From NCBI GenBank assembly GCA_963716145.1, contig OY970292.1, positions 661,171 to 725,170 of the forward strand: DNA of 64,000 nt. Reading direction: 5' to 3'. Below the pieces are notes generated by a model, which saw only the letters and a list, made by a program, of their open reading frames with translations, searched no databases and had not been told where the DNA came from. The stretch comes from Candidatus Levyibacteriota bacterium (lineage in GTDB: Bacteria > Patescibacteriota > Microgenomatia > Levybacterales > UBA12049). Of this stretch, positions 43,941-54,646 are shown piece by piece; positions within the stretch are counted from its first letter, which is position 1; every line of letters starts with the position of its first letter. The position numbers were made by a program, and so were the translations under genes.

Positions 43941-46900
43941 AAAATATTGGGCAATTTTAATACTTTTGGGCTTTGTGGTCTTGCTTTTTGTGACCAATTA
44001 CCGCCCGGGTACTATTTTAAGCGGCTGGGACAATCTCCATCCTGAATTTGATTTTGGTCTTAATATCAAGCGCTCAATTTTTGCAGTCTGGCAGGAATAT
44101 CAAGGGCTTGGTCTTCTTGGCGGCATGGCACACAGCACTGATCTTTTAAGACAAATCTTTTTATTCATTCTTTCACTATTTTTACCAAATGATTCCCTGC
44201 GCTACATCTGGACATTCCTGATGCTTTTCACTGGATCTGTTGGTTCGTATTTTTTAATAAAGTACGTCCTAAATTTCAGAACCCTCAGAAAACTCGGTGA
44301 ACCGGAAAATCAGACCCGTCAGACTGTCAGACATTCTGATAGTCCGGCTTCTGAGTATTCTGAGTTTTCCGGAAAAGAAAATGCCAACAAACTGATTCCT
44401 TTTTTGGGTGCTTCCTTCTACCTTCTCAACCTTGCAACTATCCAGATGTTTTATGTGCCTTTCGAATCATTTATCGGGTTTTTTGGATTTCTGCCATGGG
44501 TGCTATTATCATCCATTATATTTTTCCGGAAACCGGTCAAAAAAAATCTGCTTTTTCTTGTTTTAATTCTACTAATAGCAACTCCCGCCTGGTATCTGCA
44601 AACGGTATTTATCGTTTTTATAATCGCATTAAGTATCATACTTCTCCCCTCCTTACTAAATAATTTCAAACCCGGATCAATTATAAAATTGGTAAAACTT
44701 TATGGCATAATTTTTCTTGTAAATAGCTTCTGGCTACTCCCAGCTACGTATTTTACACTCACTAATTCTGACGTAAATCTCAATTCCAAAATTAATCAGA
44801 TGGCAACCGAGACAATTTTTCTTCAAAATAAGGAATTTGGGACGCTGCCTGATGTAATGCTCCTCAAGGGATTTATGTTCAAAGGCGTTGATCCCAATGC
44901 GCAGGGAAACATTACATATATGTTAAAGCCTTGGAGTGATCACTTGAACAATCCTTTTGTCGCGGTTGCGGGTCTTTTACTTTTTGCAGTTGTATTTATA
45001 GGCTTTATCAAAGCTATTCGAACTAAGAACCCTGCTTTGCAGGGCTTTGCGCTGCTTTTCATATTTTCATTTATTGCGTTAGCTGTTGATACTCCGCCAT
45101 TTTCTTTTATAAATAGTCTTCTGAGGAATAATATCCGCGTACTTAATCAAATCTTCCGTTTTCCTTTCACAAAATTCGCTACACTCGCAAGCCTTGTATA
45201 TGCAATTTTATTTGCAGTTGGAATACAGACGGTAGTCAAAAAATTAGAATTAAGAATTAAGAATCAAGAATTGAGGTTTAGTAACCGAAAATATCCCTTC
45301 TTGCTTCTTACTTCTTGCTTCTTACTTCTGATCATCTTTGCGCTTCCCGTCTTTCAGGGTCACTTATTTTATGATAAAGAAAGGGTTATAATTCCCACTG
45401 AATACAAACAACTGTTTGCTTTTTTCAAATCAAAAGATCCGAATACCAGAATTGCCAATTTTCCCCAATCCAACTTCTGGGGATGGAGTTTTTATAACTG
45501 GCTTTCCTCACCTAATCAAGGCAGGCCCGGAGGAGACTATGGCGGCTCAGGATTCCTCTGGTATGGAATAAAACAACCGATTCTTGATAGAGCATTTGAT
45601 GTTTGGTCAACAAATAATGAAAATTATTATTTTGAAATTACACAAGCATTGTACAGCAAAAATAATGCACTTTTTGAAAAAGTTTTGAATAAGTACCAAA
45701 TTAATTGGCTGCTGGTTGATAAAAATATTTTTGACTCTTCATCAAGTAAGGCACTATTTATTCCGGAGCTTGAAGAACTATTGGCGAATTCTTCTTTGGC
45801 CAAAAAAGAAGCATCTTTCGGAAAGCTTCAAGTATACAAGATAAACCTGACAGACAAGCCCAAAAACTATGTATATATGACCAAAAATCTGCCTGTTGTG
45901 AATGAATACAAATGGAACAACTTTGATCAAGCCTATTTTGACAATGGAAATTACATTTCAAGAAACGGGCAGGAAGCAAAATCCAATAGCCAAACTTATC
46001 CCTTCCGCTCCCTCTTCACATTAAAAACTCAGAACGAAAAAGAGTTTGAAATAAAAGAAGAACCCGCGTCTATTGCGTTTATAAACAAACTTCCCGTTAA
46101 ATCAGGAAGCACACTTATACTTCCCTCTTTTACCCAAAAAGAAAAAATAATCCCAATCCACATAAAAACACTAAGAACCGCAAGTGGCACCCCGAAAATC
46201 GAGGCACAAGTCCTACTTCCTCAAATAATAGTTGGCAACCGGGAGCTGCAAAAAAATACAGGTCCGGTTTTTCAAGCTCAACTTCCGCCTTTTAAAAATG
46301 ACCAATATCCTCTCACCTTGAATATAAATGGAGCGAGCTACTCACCCATTTCAAATACTGATAAGGATATAGGTGTTGCATTCTTCACTCTTAATTCATC
46401 AAATACCATAACGGTCTCAGATAAGACCAAAAGAGGTATAAGTAACGTTGTTTTTCCTTTGGAGACTATCTCCCGCCTTCAGACAAGTCCGTTATTTATC
46501 AATGTGGGAAATACATCAAATCAGTACATAACAGTAAGGTTTCCCAAAATAGATGCAAATTACTTGACCTTCCGCCCGCTTCTTAACAGTGCTGACAGCG
46601 TCAGAAACTGTGACAATTTCAATGGAAAAAGTTTTTCATCCAAAATCATAGACGACAGCTCTTTGACCCTAAGCTCGCTCGGGGCTACTGCATGTACTTC
46701 ATTTTTCGCTCAAAATCTGCCTCATGATCAATCTTTTGCAATTTTTATAAATAGTAAAAATATACAAGGCCAGGGACTTCGCTTCTGGGTGGAAAACACC
46801 AACCAGCAATCCGTACCGATTGATACATACCTTTCAAAAGAAAAAAATCTAGTTACAAGTTCATTTATCCTACCTGCAATGGAGCAATTCGGAAGTTCAT

Positions 46901-47445
46901 ACGCGTTTCACTTCTATAATTCGTCCATCGGACGGGATAAAACAGTAAATGAAATAGGAAGATTTGCCGCTTACCCGGTATTCTATAATTACTTAAAATC
47001 AATAAAGATAACTGCCGGCCAAAATACTGCAGGCAGTTTGACTGACACTTCCAAGATGGATGTCTCACATCCAAACGAAAGTAAGTACGTTATTTCAATG
47101 GAAAATGGAAAATGGCCAGTGGGAAATAATACAACCCTTGTCCTCTCTCAATCTTTTAATCCCGGCTGGAAAGCCTACGCAATTTCAAATTTCAAATGTC
47201 AAATGTCAAATTTCAAATGCGCGGTAGCCCAAGCCTTTCCTTTTATTTTTGGGAAGGAAATCAAAAATCACGTTATGGTAAATAACTGGGAAAATGGATG
47301 GGTTCTCAGTGATCCGCAAATGGCAAATGGCAAATGGCAAATGGTAATTGTTTACACCCCCCAGTACCTTGAATATCTTGGATTTGGATTGTTGATTTTG
47401 ACACTATTTGGCATAATTATCCGATCAAAGTTTTCGAAAACTTGA
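43924..47445 (+). CDS. Large polytopic membrane protein, GT-C/YfhO-like
   Basis: GWDNLHPE, many TMs, FRFPFTKF, LVLSQSFNPGWKAY, VNNWENGW, terminal TM. Confidence 0.7.
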   Translation: MKHFFKKYWAILILLGFVVLLFVTNYRPGTILSGWDNLHPEFDFGLNIKRSIFAVWQEYQGLGLLGGMAHSTDLLRQIFLFILSLFLPNDSLRYIWTFLMLFTGSVGSYFLIKYVLNFRTLRKLGEPENQTRQTVRHSDSPASEYSEFSGKENANKLIPFLGASFYLLNLATIQMFYVPFESFIGFFGFLPWVLLSSIIFFRKPVKKNLLFLVLILLIATPAWYLQTVFIVFIIALSIILLPSLLNNFKPGSIIKLVKLYGIIFLVNSFWLLPATYFTLTNSDVNLNSKINQMATETIFLQNKEFGTLPDVMLLKGFMFKGVDPNAQGNITYMLKPWSDHLNNPFVAVAGLLLFAVVFIGFIKAIRTKNPALQGFALLFIFSFIALAVDTPPFSFINSLLRNNIRVLNQIFRFPFTKFATLASLVYAILFAVGIQTVVKKLELRIKNQELRFSNRKYPFLLLTSCFLLLIIFALPVFQGHLFYDKERVIIPTEYKQLFAFFKSKDPNTRIANFPQSNFWGWSFYNWLSSPNQGRPGGDYGGSGFLWYGIKQPILDRAFDVWSTNNENYYFEITQALYSKNNALFEKVLNKYQINWLLVDKNIFDSSSSKALFIPELEELLANSSLAKKEASFGKLQVYKINLTDKPKNYVYMTKNLPVVNEYKWNNFDQAYFDNGNYISRNGQEAKSNSQTYPFRSLFTLKTQNEKEFEIKEEPASIAFINKLPVKSGSTLILPSFTQKEKIIPIHIKTLRTASGTPKIEAQVLLPQIIVGNRELQKNTGPVFQAQLPPFKNDQYPLTLNINGASYSPISNTDKDIGVAFFTLNSSNTITVSDKTKRGISNVVFPLETISRLQTSPLFINVGNTSNQYITVRFPKIDANYLTFRPLLNSADSVRNCDNFNGKSFSSKIIDDSSLTLSSLGATACTSFFAQNLPHDQSFAIFINSKNIQGQGLRFWVENTNQQSVPIDTYLSKEKNLVTSSFILPAMEQFGSSYAFHFYNSSIGRDKTVNEIGRFAAYPVFYNYLKSIKITAGQNTAGSLTDTSKMDVSHPNESKYVISMENGKWPVGNNTTLVLSQSFNPGWKAYAISNFKCQMSNFKCAVAQAFPFIFGKEIKNHVMVNNWENGWVLSDPQMANGKWQMVIVYTPQYLEYLGFGLLILTLFGIIIRSKFSKT

Positions 47446-47477
47446 CACGAAAGTAGTAGTAGTAGTAGTATTGAGGC

Positions 47478-48701
47478 ATGGCTGAGCCAGGTGGACACGA
47501 CCAACAAGAAAAACCTACAACTGAATCTCAAGATAAACCGCAAAGTCCTCACAGAGTCAAAAAATTAGTAAGAAGGGGTGTAGCCGCTGCAGCAGGAGCA
47601 GCAACGCTTGCAGCCGCAGGTATGGGGGTCGGAATTGTACCCCGCCCTGGGTCATGGAATGAGAGTGGGTCTAGTACGCCTTCTGCCGAAATACAAAAGG
47701 GATATAAGGAAGCTTCGCTTGAGAGTTTATTACTAAAGCCCGGTGAAGGCTCGACAAAATGGGATAGTGTAACAGAAAAAATAGCAGTTGAGGGGTATCT
47801 CACTCTCATTAATACCCCAGATAAACCGCATCTGGCGGGTATATATACTTATGGTTTGTACCCAAATGCACCTGAATCTTTAGATCAAACTATGTCTGAT
47901 GCAGAATTTAGGAATGGAACCAACGAGGGTAAATTTTTACCCGTTTATGTTGTTGCAGACAACCCTCTAGGTGAGGCAATCAAACCTCCTGAATATCACA
48001 ATCCTAGTTTGAATCCTTTAAAACTTTTGCGCCGTGACAAAAAAGCTGAAGAAAGACATGGTCCTCCTGCCGATGGATGGGTTAGTATAAGAGGAGATTT
48101 TTCAGCGCAATCAACTGACACGGGTGATCGACAAGCAAAATTGGAGGTCAGCGTGGGAAAAGACAATCCCGAATTTCCGGATCGTACAAATATGCCTACT
48201 TTTGACGAACTGCTCCAAAACCGGGAAGCATTTTATATGAAAACTGTTGCAACAGAAGGATATCTTCAATTTGTCGGTCTCTTAGATTCAAGTTATCCTG
48301 CCATCGACAAACATGGCCAACGAATTACTCATACAAGAATTGATGCGGTATACGCTCTATATGACCATACTGCAGATCAAGCTGACATACCAAAAAATAT
48401 AGATGAGCTTGAGGAAGCTGCCGGAAACAGAAAACTGGTAATTGTGACACAAACTACAGAACGTGATTCCGCGCCTGATGATGAAATGAGAAATCGAATC
48501 ACAACAGATGCCAGAAAAAATAATGGATGGGCACACGTTCAAGGTGAGATGGGCAGATGGCTGACTAACGGTCTTGCGGAGGATAATCCCCCTCCTGTAG
48601 ACCATACTGATGTCATAAGGCGCAGTTCTGCCTCAATTGAAATACGTGGTAGCGATAAAGATGGTAGCATCAAACCAATCCCAGCACCTGCTGGGAAATA
48701 A
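47478..48701 (+). CDS. Membrane-anchored hypothetical protein with internal duplication
   Basis: Ala-rich TM; IAVEGYL..YGLY..GWVSIRG versus VATEGYL..YALY..GWAHVQG. Confidence 0.7.
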   Translation: MAEPGGHDQQEKPTTESQDKPQSPHRVKKLVRRGVAAAAGAATLAAAGMGVGIVPRPGSWNESGSSTPSAEIQKGYKEASLESLLLKPGEGSTKWDSVTEKIAVEGYLTLINTPDKPHLAGIYTYGLYPNAPESLDQTMSDAEFRNGTNEGKFLPVYVVADNPLGEAIKPPEYHNPSLNPLKLLRRDKKAEERHGPPADGWVSIRGDFSAQSTDTGDRQAKLEVSVGKDNPEFPDRTNMPTFDELLQNREAFYMKTVATEGYLQFVGLLDSSYPAIDKHGQRITHTRIDAVYALYDHTADQADIPKNIDELEEAAGNRKLVIVTQTTERDSAPDDEMRNRITTDARKNNGWAHVQGEMGRWLTNGLAEDNPPPVDHTDVIRRSSASIEIRGSDKDGSIKPIPAPAGK

Positions 48702-48736
48702 TAATCCTCACCAGATTTGACAAAAACACTCCTAAC

Positions 48737-48994
48737 TTACTTCTTCCCCAATCCCTCATCGTGGGGACCGACTGTGTGCAGAATTATCTCATCTTTATGT
48801 TTTTCAAAAGTGAAACGGTAGGACCTGTCAATTCTTCCTTCCCACAAATCAGCGCTATCCATTTTTTTGGTATTTAAACCAGGATAGAAAAAGTCCTTTT
48901 TTAGCTGCTCTAGAGATTTCTTCGTCTTCTTTTGTAAATGCTGAGGCAGCTTATCATAAGCCTTTTTAAACTTTTTTGAAGCGATAACTTTCAT
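48737..48994 (-). CDS. RelE/ParE-family toxin
   Basis: SKKFKKAYDKLP..YPGLNTKK..WEGRIDRSYRFTF..VGPHD. Confidence 0.85.
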   Translation of the reverse strand: MKVIASKKFKKAYDKLPQHLQKKTKKSLEQLKKDFFYPGLNTKKMDSADLWEGRIDRSYRFTFEKHKDEIILHTVGPHDEGLGKK

Positions 48995-49233
48995 CGGAAA
49001 AGTTCTTTAAGAGGCTTGTCCAGATCATCAATGGATTTGAGCTCTGCAACCCTACCCTTTTTAATATCCTCCGTTGCTTCAAGCTCTGATTTTTCCCACC
49101 ACAATTTACTCCCGTATGGAATTAATTCTTCGGGAAGCAGCATCAAAACATGCTTTTTGAACTCTTCAAAATGTTCAAGTTCTTTTACAAGCTTTTTCGC
49201 TGTATTAGTATCAATTGTTACTGCTTTTGCCAT
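48991..49233 (-). CDS. Antitoxin of the RelE-like toxin
   Basis: WWEKSELEATEDIKKGRV motif; 4-nt overlap with the toxin gene; start placed at MAKAV. Confidence 0.75.
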   Translation of the reverse strand: MAKAVTIDTNTAKKLVKELEHFEEFKKHVLMLLPEELIPYGSKLWWEKSELEATEDIKKGRVAELKSIDDLDKPLKELFR

Positions 49234-49408
49234 ATGGCAATAGTTTAGCACACAGCATCGGATTTGACAAAAGGCGCTCAGTTTGATAATATTTACCTCT
49301 TCTGTCCTAAGGAGGCTCCCGGATTTTATGATCGGGATCAAAGAAGTACATCTGCTCGTAAGATAACTGCCGAATAACTGCTAATTACTTCAAAATAATT
49401 TTTTGCCT

Positions 49409-50188
49409 ATGATTATTCTTAAAGAAAATGTTGTATCTATTATTTTACCCGTATACAACGCAGGCCGATTTCTAGCAGAATGTCTGGAAAGCCTGAGTGC
49501 CCAAACTCATGAAAACCTCCAAATAATCGCTATTGATGACAAATCTACCGATAATTCATGGTCAATTCTTAAAAAGTATCAAAGAAAAGTAAAAGGCCTG
49601 CAAGTTTACAAAAATAAGAAGCATTACGGCATGAGCATCTGTTATAACAGAGGGCTCAAGCGGGCTTCCGGCCAGTTCCTCGCCTTTAGCAACCCCAACG
49701 ACCTCAATAGTCCTATCAGAATTAAGCGCCAGGTAAACTTTCTCTTATCAAATCCCAAAACAGTAGCAGTTGGAACACAATACACTAGAATTAACGACGA
49801 AAATGTAAAAATCGAGCGGATCAGCCTCCCACAGGAACATGAGACAATTTATGATAATCTGCTCCACACCAAATCACTCTACCCTGAAACAGTAATGATC
49901 AATAGGCTCTTAATTCCAAAAGATCTGCTCTATTTCAAATCAAATAGATATCCTTTTATCTTTAATGAGGTTTTTACTAAGCTTTTTCAGTACGGCTTGG
50001 TTGCAAATATTGGTCACGCGCTTTACTTTCACCGTGTCGGAATAAAACGCAACAAAAAGCGAGTTTCAAAAGTTAATCACCTAACAGCAATGGTTAAAGT
50101 CTGGATCAAATCGCGCTCAGACCACGACTATCGCCCATCCATAAGATCTGCTGTTCTTCCTCCTCTTTTGAATAAATTCAACCTCTAA
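49409..50188 (+). CDS. GT2 glycosyltransferase (atypical DxD)
   Basis: VSIILPVYNA, IDDKSTD; the usual DxDD position reads NPND. Confidence 0.8.
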   Translation: MIILKENVVSIILPVYNAGRFLAECLESLSAQTHENLQIIAIDDKSTDNSWSILKKYQRKVKGLQVYKNKKHYGMSICYNRGLKRASGQFLAFSNPNDLNSPIRIKRQVNFLLSNPKTVAVGTQYTRINDENVKIERISLPQEHETIYDNLLHTKSLYPETVMINRLLIPKDLLYFKSNRYPFIFNEVFTKLFQYGLVANIGHALYFHRVGIKRNKKRVSKVNHLTAMVKVWIKSRSDHDYRPSIRSAVLPPLLNKFNL

Positions 50189-50384
50189 TCAAGAAAATGG
50201 CAAATGGAACTTGGAAAATGGAAAATATTATCCTCCCCAACTTATCCACATATTTGTGTATAAATAAATTAGCTTGAAATATCAATCTATTTTGCATATA
50301 TTTTACTCTAGGACATATGATATCTTATGTACTATTTATTATAGGTTGACAGACTGGAAATTTTGTGTTATATTTCTATTAAAT

Positions 50385-50558
50385 ATGAAATCTTTGATGA
50401 GCAAAACATTTAAAAAACTGCTGACACAGGCGCGCTATGATAACAATTCCCTTAAAACTATTGCAGAATACAATCGTGAAGTTTTGGTGAAGCAAGGGGC
50501 CGATCAATTTAAGCAGCTTGTTGAAAAAGGTTTAAGTATACCGGTTGCACTTTTATAA
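50385..50558 (+). CDS. Small hypothetical protein (57 aa)
   Basis: ATG just downstream of TTGACA(50346)-17 nt-TATATT promoter. Confidence 0.55.
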   Translation: MKSLMSKTFKKLLTQARYDNNSLKTIAEYNREVLVKQGADQFKQLVEKGLSIPVALL

Positions 50559-51097
50559 AATTCACGAGGCAACGTAAAATAAAGGTAAATTTGCGTTGTT
50601 TAGGCTCGTTAATCTGAAAATTGCGCAAAAAAAGAGCATCGCTTTCGTTACACAAATGATAAAGTCAGGTACGATAAGCAATGCTCTTAAGGTAAACGGC
50701 ATTTAGTCCTTCAGGCAGGAATAAAACTAATTGCCGATAAGTAACAAATATAGCAAAATCGGAAAGTTTGTCAAGAAAAATAGACGAAGCTAAAAATAGA
50801 TTTTTTAATTGACAGATCAAGATTTTTCACAGTGTAATAAATTCTTACAATTGAGGTCAAAAGAAATCGTAATAGTTAAAAGTGGTTCTTTATTTGCAAT
50901 GAGGTAGGAATCTTGCGAAGTCTTGATTGAATCTGGACGGAGTCCGCCGAAGATCGCTCTTTGAGCCGCAGTTCAAATGAACTAAGGCGAAAAGTAAAAT
51001 CAGGAGGAGGCAGGGATAGCAAAATTGGAGTTTTGAATGAGGTAGGAATCTTGGGCAGGGATTCTTACCTCTTTCAAGGCTTTAAACCACCCTCCAG

Positions 51098-51874
51098 CTA
51101 GATTTTCTTTGCAAACAATATTCTTCCGGTGGCGGTTTGAATGACTCTTGAAACAACTACATCAAAACTCTTCCCTATTCCGTCTCTTCCCTCTTCAACA
51201 ACAATCATTGTCCCGTCATCCAGATATCCAACACCTTGAGTTGCTTCCTTCCCTTGATGTGAAACTTTTACATGAAGTGCTTCACCCGGAACGGCAATAA
51301 CTTTAAGAGCATTTGCCAAAGCATTTAAGTTAACAGCTGCGACATTATCAATACTTGCTTTCTTTTCGAGGTTATAATCACAAGTTATCAGTTTGCCTTT
51401 ATGATTTTTTGCTGATCTGATCAACTGCTCATCCACCTCTATTCTGTTTTCTGTTTCAGCTTCTTCGTTGAGAATCATCACTTTTAGTTTCTTAGATTTT
51501 TTTAACTTCTCAAGAGCAACGAGCCCTTTTCTTCCCCGTTCACGCTTAACAGTGTCCTGTGAATCAGCCAAATGCTTGAGCTCTAAAAGAATGCTTGAAG
51601 TTATTACAATTGTTCCTGTGAGAAGATCCAAATAAATTACATCAAATATCCGCCCATCAATAATTGCTGAGGTGTCAAGGAAAATCCCGTTTTCAATTTT
51701 CTTGGGTTTTGATAGTTTGGATTTTCGGCGGGGACGCCTTATCATACCTGGCAAGCGGGTCATAAGCGACTTGGAAACTTCATCGGCAATTGCCCCAATC
51801 ATGCTGGGTGAAAAAACAGCTGGCCTTTTGGCGCTGTTTTTATTTTTTTTGGTTTTGGTTTTTTCTTTTGCCAT
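51098..51874 (-). CDS. PIN + TRAM domain protein (YacL-like)
   Basis: LDTSAIIDGRI, QGVGYLDDGTMIVVE; downstream of radA, the usual context. Confidence 0.9.
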   Translation of the reverse strand: MAKEKTKTKKNKNSAKRPAVFSPSMIGAIADEVSKSLMTRLPGMIRRPRRKSKLSKPKKIENGIFLDTSAIIDGRIFDVIYLDLLTGTIVITSSILLELKHLADSQDTVKRERGRKGLVALEKLKKSKKLKVMILNEEAETENRIEVDEQLIRSAKNHKGKLITCDYNLEKKASIDNVAAVNLNALANALKVIAVPGEALHVKVSHQGKEATQGVGYLDDGTMIVVEEGRDGIGKSFDVVVSRVIQTATGRILFAKKI

Positions 51875-52000
51875 AATTTCGGAAAACTCAGATGATACTC
51901 AGTAAGCCAGATATTCTGACCGTCTGGGTATCTGATAATTCAGACATTCCGGAACACCGAGTTTCCTGCCTGCCGGCAGGCAGGTCTGAGTGTTCTGAAG

Positions 52001-53353
52001 TTACTTACCTAAACCATCAATTACCTCTTTCAAACTCCTGTGCGTCTTGGCTGTAATAACGTTTTTGTATCCCAATTTCTGCGCCTCTCTGCTTCTTTTA
52101 TCACTTCCGGCAACTGTACGCAACTCTCCAAGAAGACCAACTTCGGCAATTCCAACTGTCTTTGTCAGGGAAATATTTTTAAGACTTGAGTAGACTGCAA
52201 GACAAATTCCCAGATCAATTCCCGGGTCATTCAGTTTAAGTCCTCCCGCAACGTTGACAAAAACGTCCATTGTTTCAACCGGTAATTTAACATGTTTTTG
52301 TAAAACCGCCAAAAGCAATTCTACCCGTCTCGGATCAATTCCTGATACCACTCGTCGTGGCATAGGAAGCTTTGAGAACACAACCAATGCTTGCAGCTCG
52401 ACTAGAAATGCTCTTGACCCTTCAAGTGTCACTACAAGGACACTGCCCGGGCTGTTAACTCTTTTGTCGTTGAGAAAAAGTTGCTCCGGATTTGCTGCTT
52501 CTTTCATTCCCGTATCTTCCATCAAAAAAATACCGACTTCATCAACCGGACCAAACCGGTTTTTGAGAGATCTCAAAATTCTGGTCTTTGAAAATTTTTC
52601 TCCTTCCAGAAAAAGTACCGTATCCACCATGTGAGAAAGAACCATAGGCCCTGCAACCATTCCCTCTTTTGTAACATGCCCCACAAGAATAATTGGTATG
52701 TTATTCTGCTTCGCACATCGAACAAACTGCAATGCGGAATACCTTACCTGACCAACGCTACCTGCTAATCCTGATACATTTTCTGACTCTATTGTTTGAA
52801 TAGAATCAATAATAACCAAATCAGGTTTTGACTCTTCAATTTGGGCAATAATTTCCTCAGTATCTGTTTGGGCCAATAAAAATAAATTATCATTTTTTCC
52901 TTGATTCTTAATTCTTAATTCTGAACTCTGAATTCGTGTTGCTCTCATTTTCACCTGATCAACTGATTCTTCTCCTGATACGTACAAGACTTTATTATCT
53001 CTGGATAAACTTAGAGCAAGCTGAAGAAGGAGTGTCGACTTTCCAACTCCCGGATCGCCTGCAACCAACGTTACTGATCCATGAACAATCCCTCCACCCA
53101 AAACTGTATTCAGTTCTGTAAAATTAGTTTGAATCCTTGAGGTTTGCTTATATACAATTTCACTAAGTTTCTGTGGTTTAGCGGACTCCAAACTAACTCC
53201 GGAGTTCTTTGTTCTTTGTTCTTTGTTCTTTGTTGTGTGGAATTCCTTTAATGTATTCCACATTCCACACTCCGGGCATTTTCCAAGCCAAGACGTTGTA
53301 TCATATCCGCATTCCTGGCAAACAAAATTGGTGGTAATTTTTGCTTTTTTCAT
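52001..53353 (-). CDS. radA: DNA repair protein RadA/Sms
   Basis: CQECG..WLGKCPEC, GDPGVGKST, KNRFG. Confidence 0.97.
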   Translation of the reverse strand: MKKAKITTNFVCQECGYDTTSWLGKCPECGMWNTLKEFHTTKNKEQRTKNSGVSLESAKPQKLSEIVYKQTSRIQTNFTELNTVLGGGIVHGSVTLVAGDPGVGKSTLLLQLALSLSRDNKVLYVSGEESVDQVKMRATRIQSSELRIKNQGKNDNLFLLAQTDTEEIIAQIEESKPDLVIIDSIQTIESENVSGLAGSVGQVRYSALQFVRCAKQNNIPIILVGHVTKEGMVAGPMVLSHMVDTVLFLEGEKFSKTRILRSLKNRFGPVDEVGIFLMEDTGMKEAANPEQLFLNDKRVNSPGSVLVVTLEGSRAFLVELQALVVFSKLPMPRRVVSGIDPRRVELLLAVLQKHVKLPVETMDVFVNVAGGLKLNDPGIDLGICLAVYSSLKNISLTKTVGIAEVGLLGELRTVAGSDKRSREAQKLGYKNVITAKTHRSLKEVIDGLGK

Positions 53354-53454
53354 ATTAAGTTAATTATATCACCGCGAGGCAGAATTGATGCCTTATGAAG
53401 ATTTAAGAAGTAAGATTTAGGATTTAAGAATTTCTTTAATCTTATCTCTTTAAT

Positions 53455-54525
53455 CTATCTATATCCTATTGGTTTCTCTTTAAGAACTGGGGTCAGAATA
53501 ACTCTGTGCCTTTTTTTATCAAATTCAGAAACAGTCAGATCTATCTCCTGCCCTACAGTGTAAGTAGTGAGCGGAGGAATCTTTTCTTTTTTTACAAAAC
53601 CTTCCAAATCATCATCAAGTGTAAATGAAACTCCTGCACTTTCAACCTTTGCTACAGTTGCTTTCACTTTCTTATCAACCGGATAATTGGCAATCAGCTG
53701 TTCAAAAGGATCAGCAGTTAACTTTCTGATAGACAAATTAATTCTCTTGCTTTCTTTATCAAATCTTGTTACAACAGCCTCAATTTTCTGTCCCGCTGTA
53801 AATAGTCCGCTTAAATCCTCCTGCCTCTCCCATGAAACTTCTGAAATATGAATAAATCCTTCAACTTCTCCCATTGAGACAAATAATCCAAATGCTGTTA
53901 CATTTGATACCACGACTTCCACAGTCTGACCTACTTTATATTTTTTCATTGCTTTATCAAAATCCTCATCAGTCATCTTGGTTTTTTGGGAAAAAATTAC
54001 TTTATTATCAATTCTATTTATTTCAAGAACCGACGCGTTAATTTTCTGCCCGATGGCATTATCAGGTGAGGATGTATGAGATTGGGGAAGAAATCCTGAA
54101 ATACCAAAGCTAGTTGCGACGACATATCCAGCTTTGCCAACTTCTGTTATCGTGACTTCGATTTGCTTGTGATTTTTCTGCAGCTCTTCAAGTTTGACCC
54201 AGGCAATGTTGCCAAGATAGCGACGCAGTGAAACAATTGGCTGGCCTGTTTCGGATTCCGGATTGAGGACATTTACCTCAACAGTATCCCCCACTTTGAA
54301 CATCCCCAGAATTGTGCGGAGGATATTTTTATCTTTTTCCATGATTGAGGCTTCTGTTTTGGCACCGAGATCAACCAGAATTTCATTTGGGGTCAATTTG
54401 GTGAGTTTTCCTTTGACGCTTTCACCTTTTTTAAGCGAGACAACACTGCTTTTGTGCTTTGCCAGAAGCTGCCCCATGGCAGACTGAGCCTTTTCGGAAC
54501 TAAGTTGTGAGGAATTTTTTGCCAT
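53455..54525 (-). CDS. rpsA: S1-domain protein (ribosomal protein S1-like)
   Basis: Four S1 repeats, including FGLFV..GFIHISEVSW. Confidence 0.75.
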   Translation of the reverse strand: MAKNSSQLSSEKAQSAMGQLLAKHKSSVVSLKKGESVKGKLTKLTPNEILVDLGAKTEASIMEKDKNILRTILGMFKVGDTVEVNVLNPESETGQPIVSLRRYLGNIAWVKLEELQKNHKQIEVTITEVGKAGYVVATSFGISGFLPQSHTSSPDNAIGQKINASVLEINRIDNKVIFSQKTKMTDEDFDKAMKKYKVGQTVEVVVSNVTAFGLFVSMGEVEGFIHISEVSWERQEDLSGLFTAGQKIEAVVTRFDKESKRINLSIRKLTADPFEQLIANYPVDKKVKATVAKVESAGVSFTLDDDLEGFVKKEKIPPLTTYTVGQEIDLTVSEFDKKRHRVILTPVLKEKPIGYR

Positions 54526-54646
54526 GAATCATAATGCCTTTCATATCGGATGCACCCAGTATAACAGGTTAGTTTCATTACTGCAATGTGGCCCATCAAA
54601 AAACCGCTCTTGCGGGCAGTTTTGTATATTAATAAATTATTTTATC

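Noticed and set aside
50898-51053. Mini CRISPR array linked to the Cas2-like gene
   Set aside because: Two 18-nt repeats about 120 nt apart do not fit repeat/spacer sizes; no cas1
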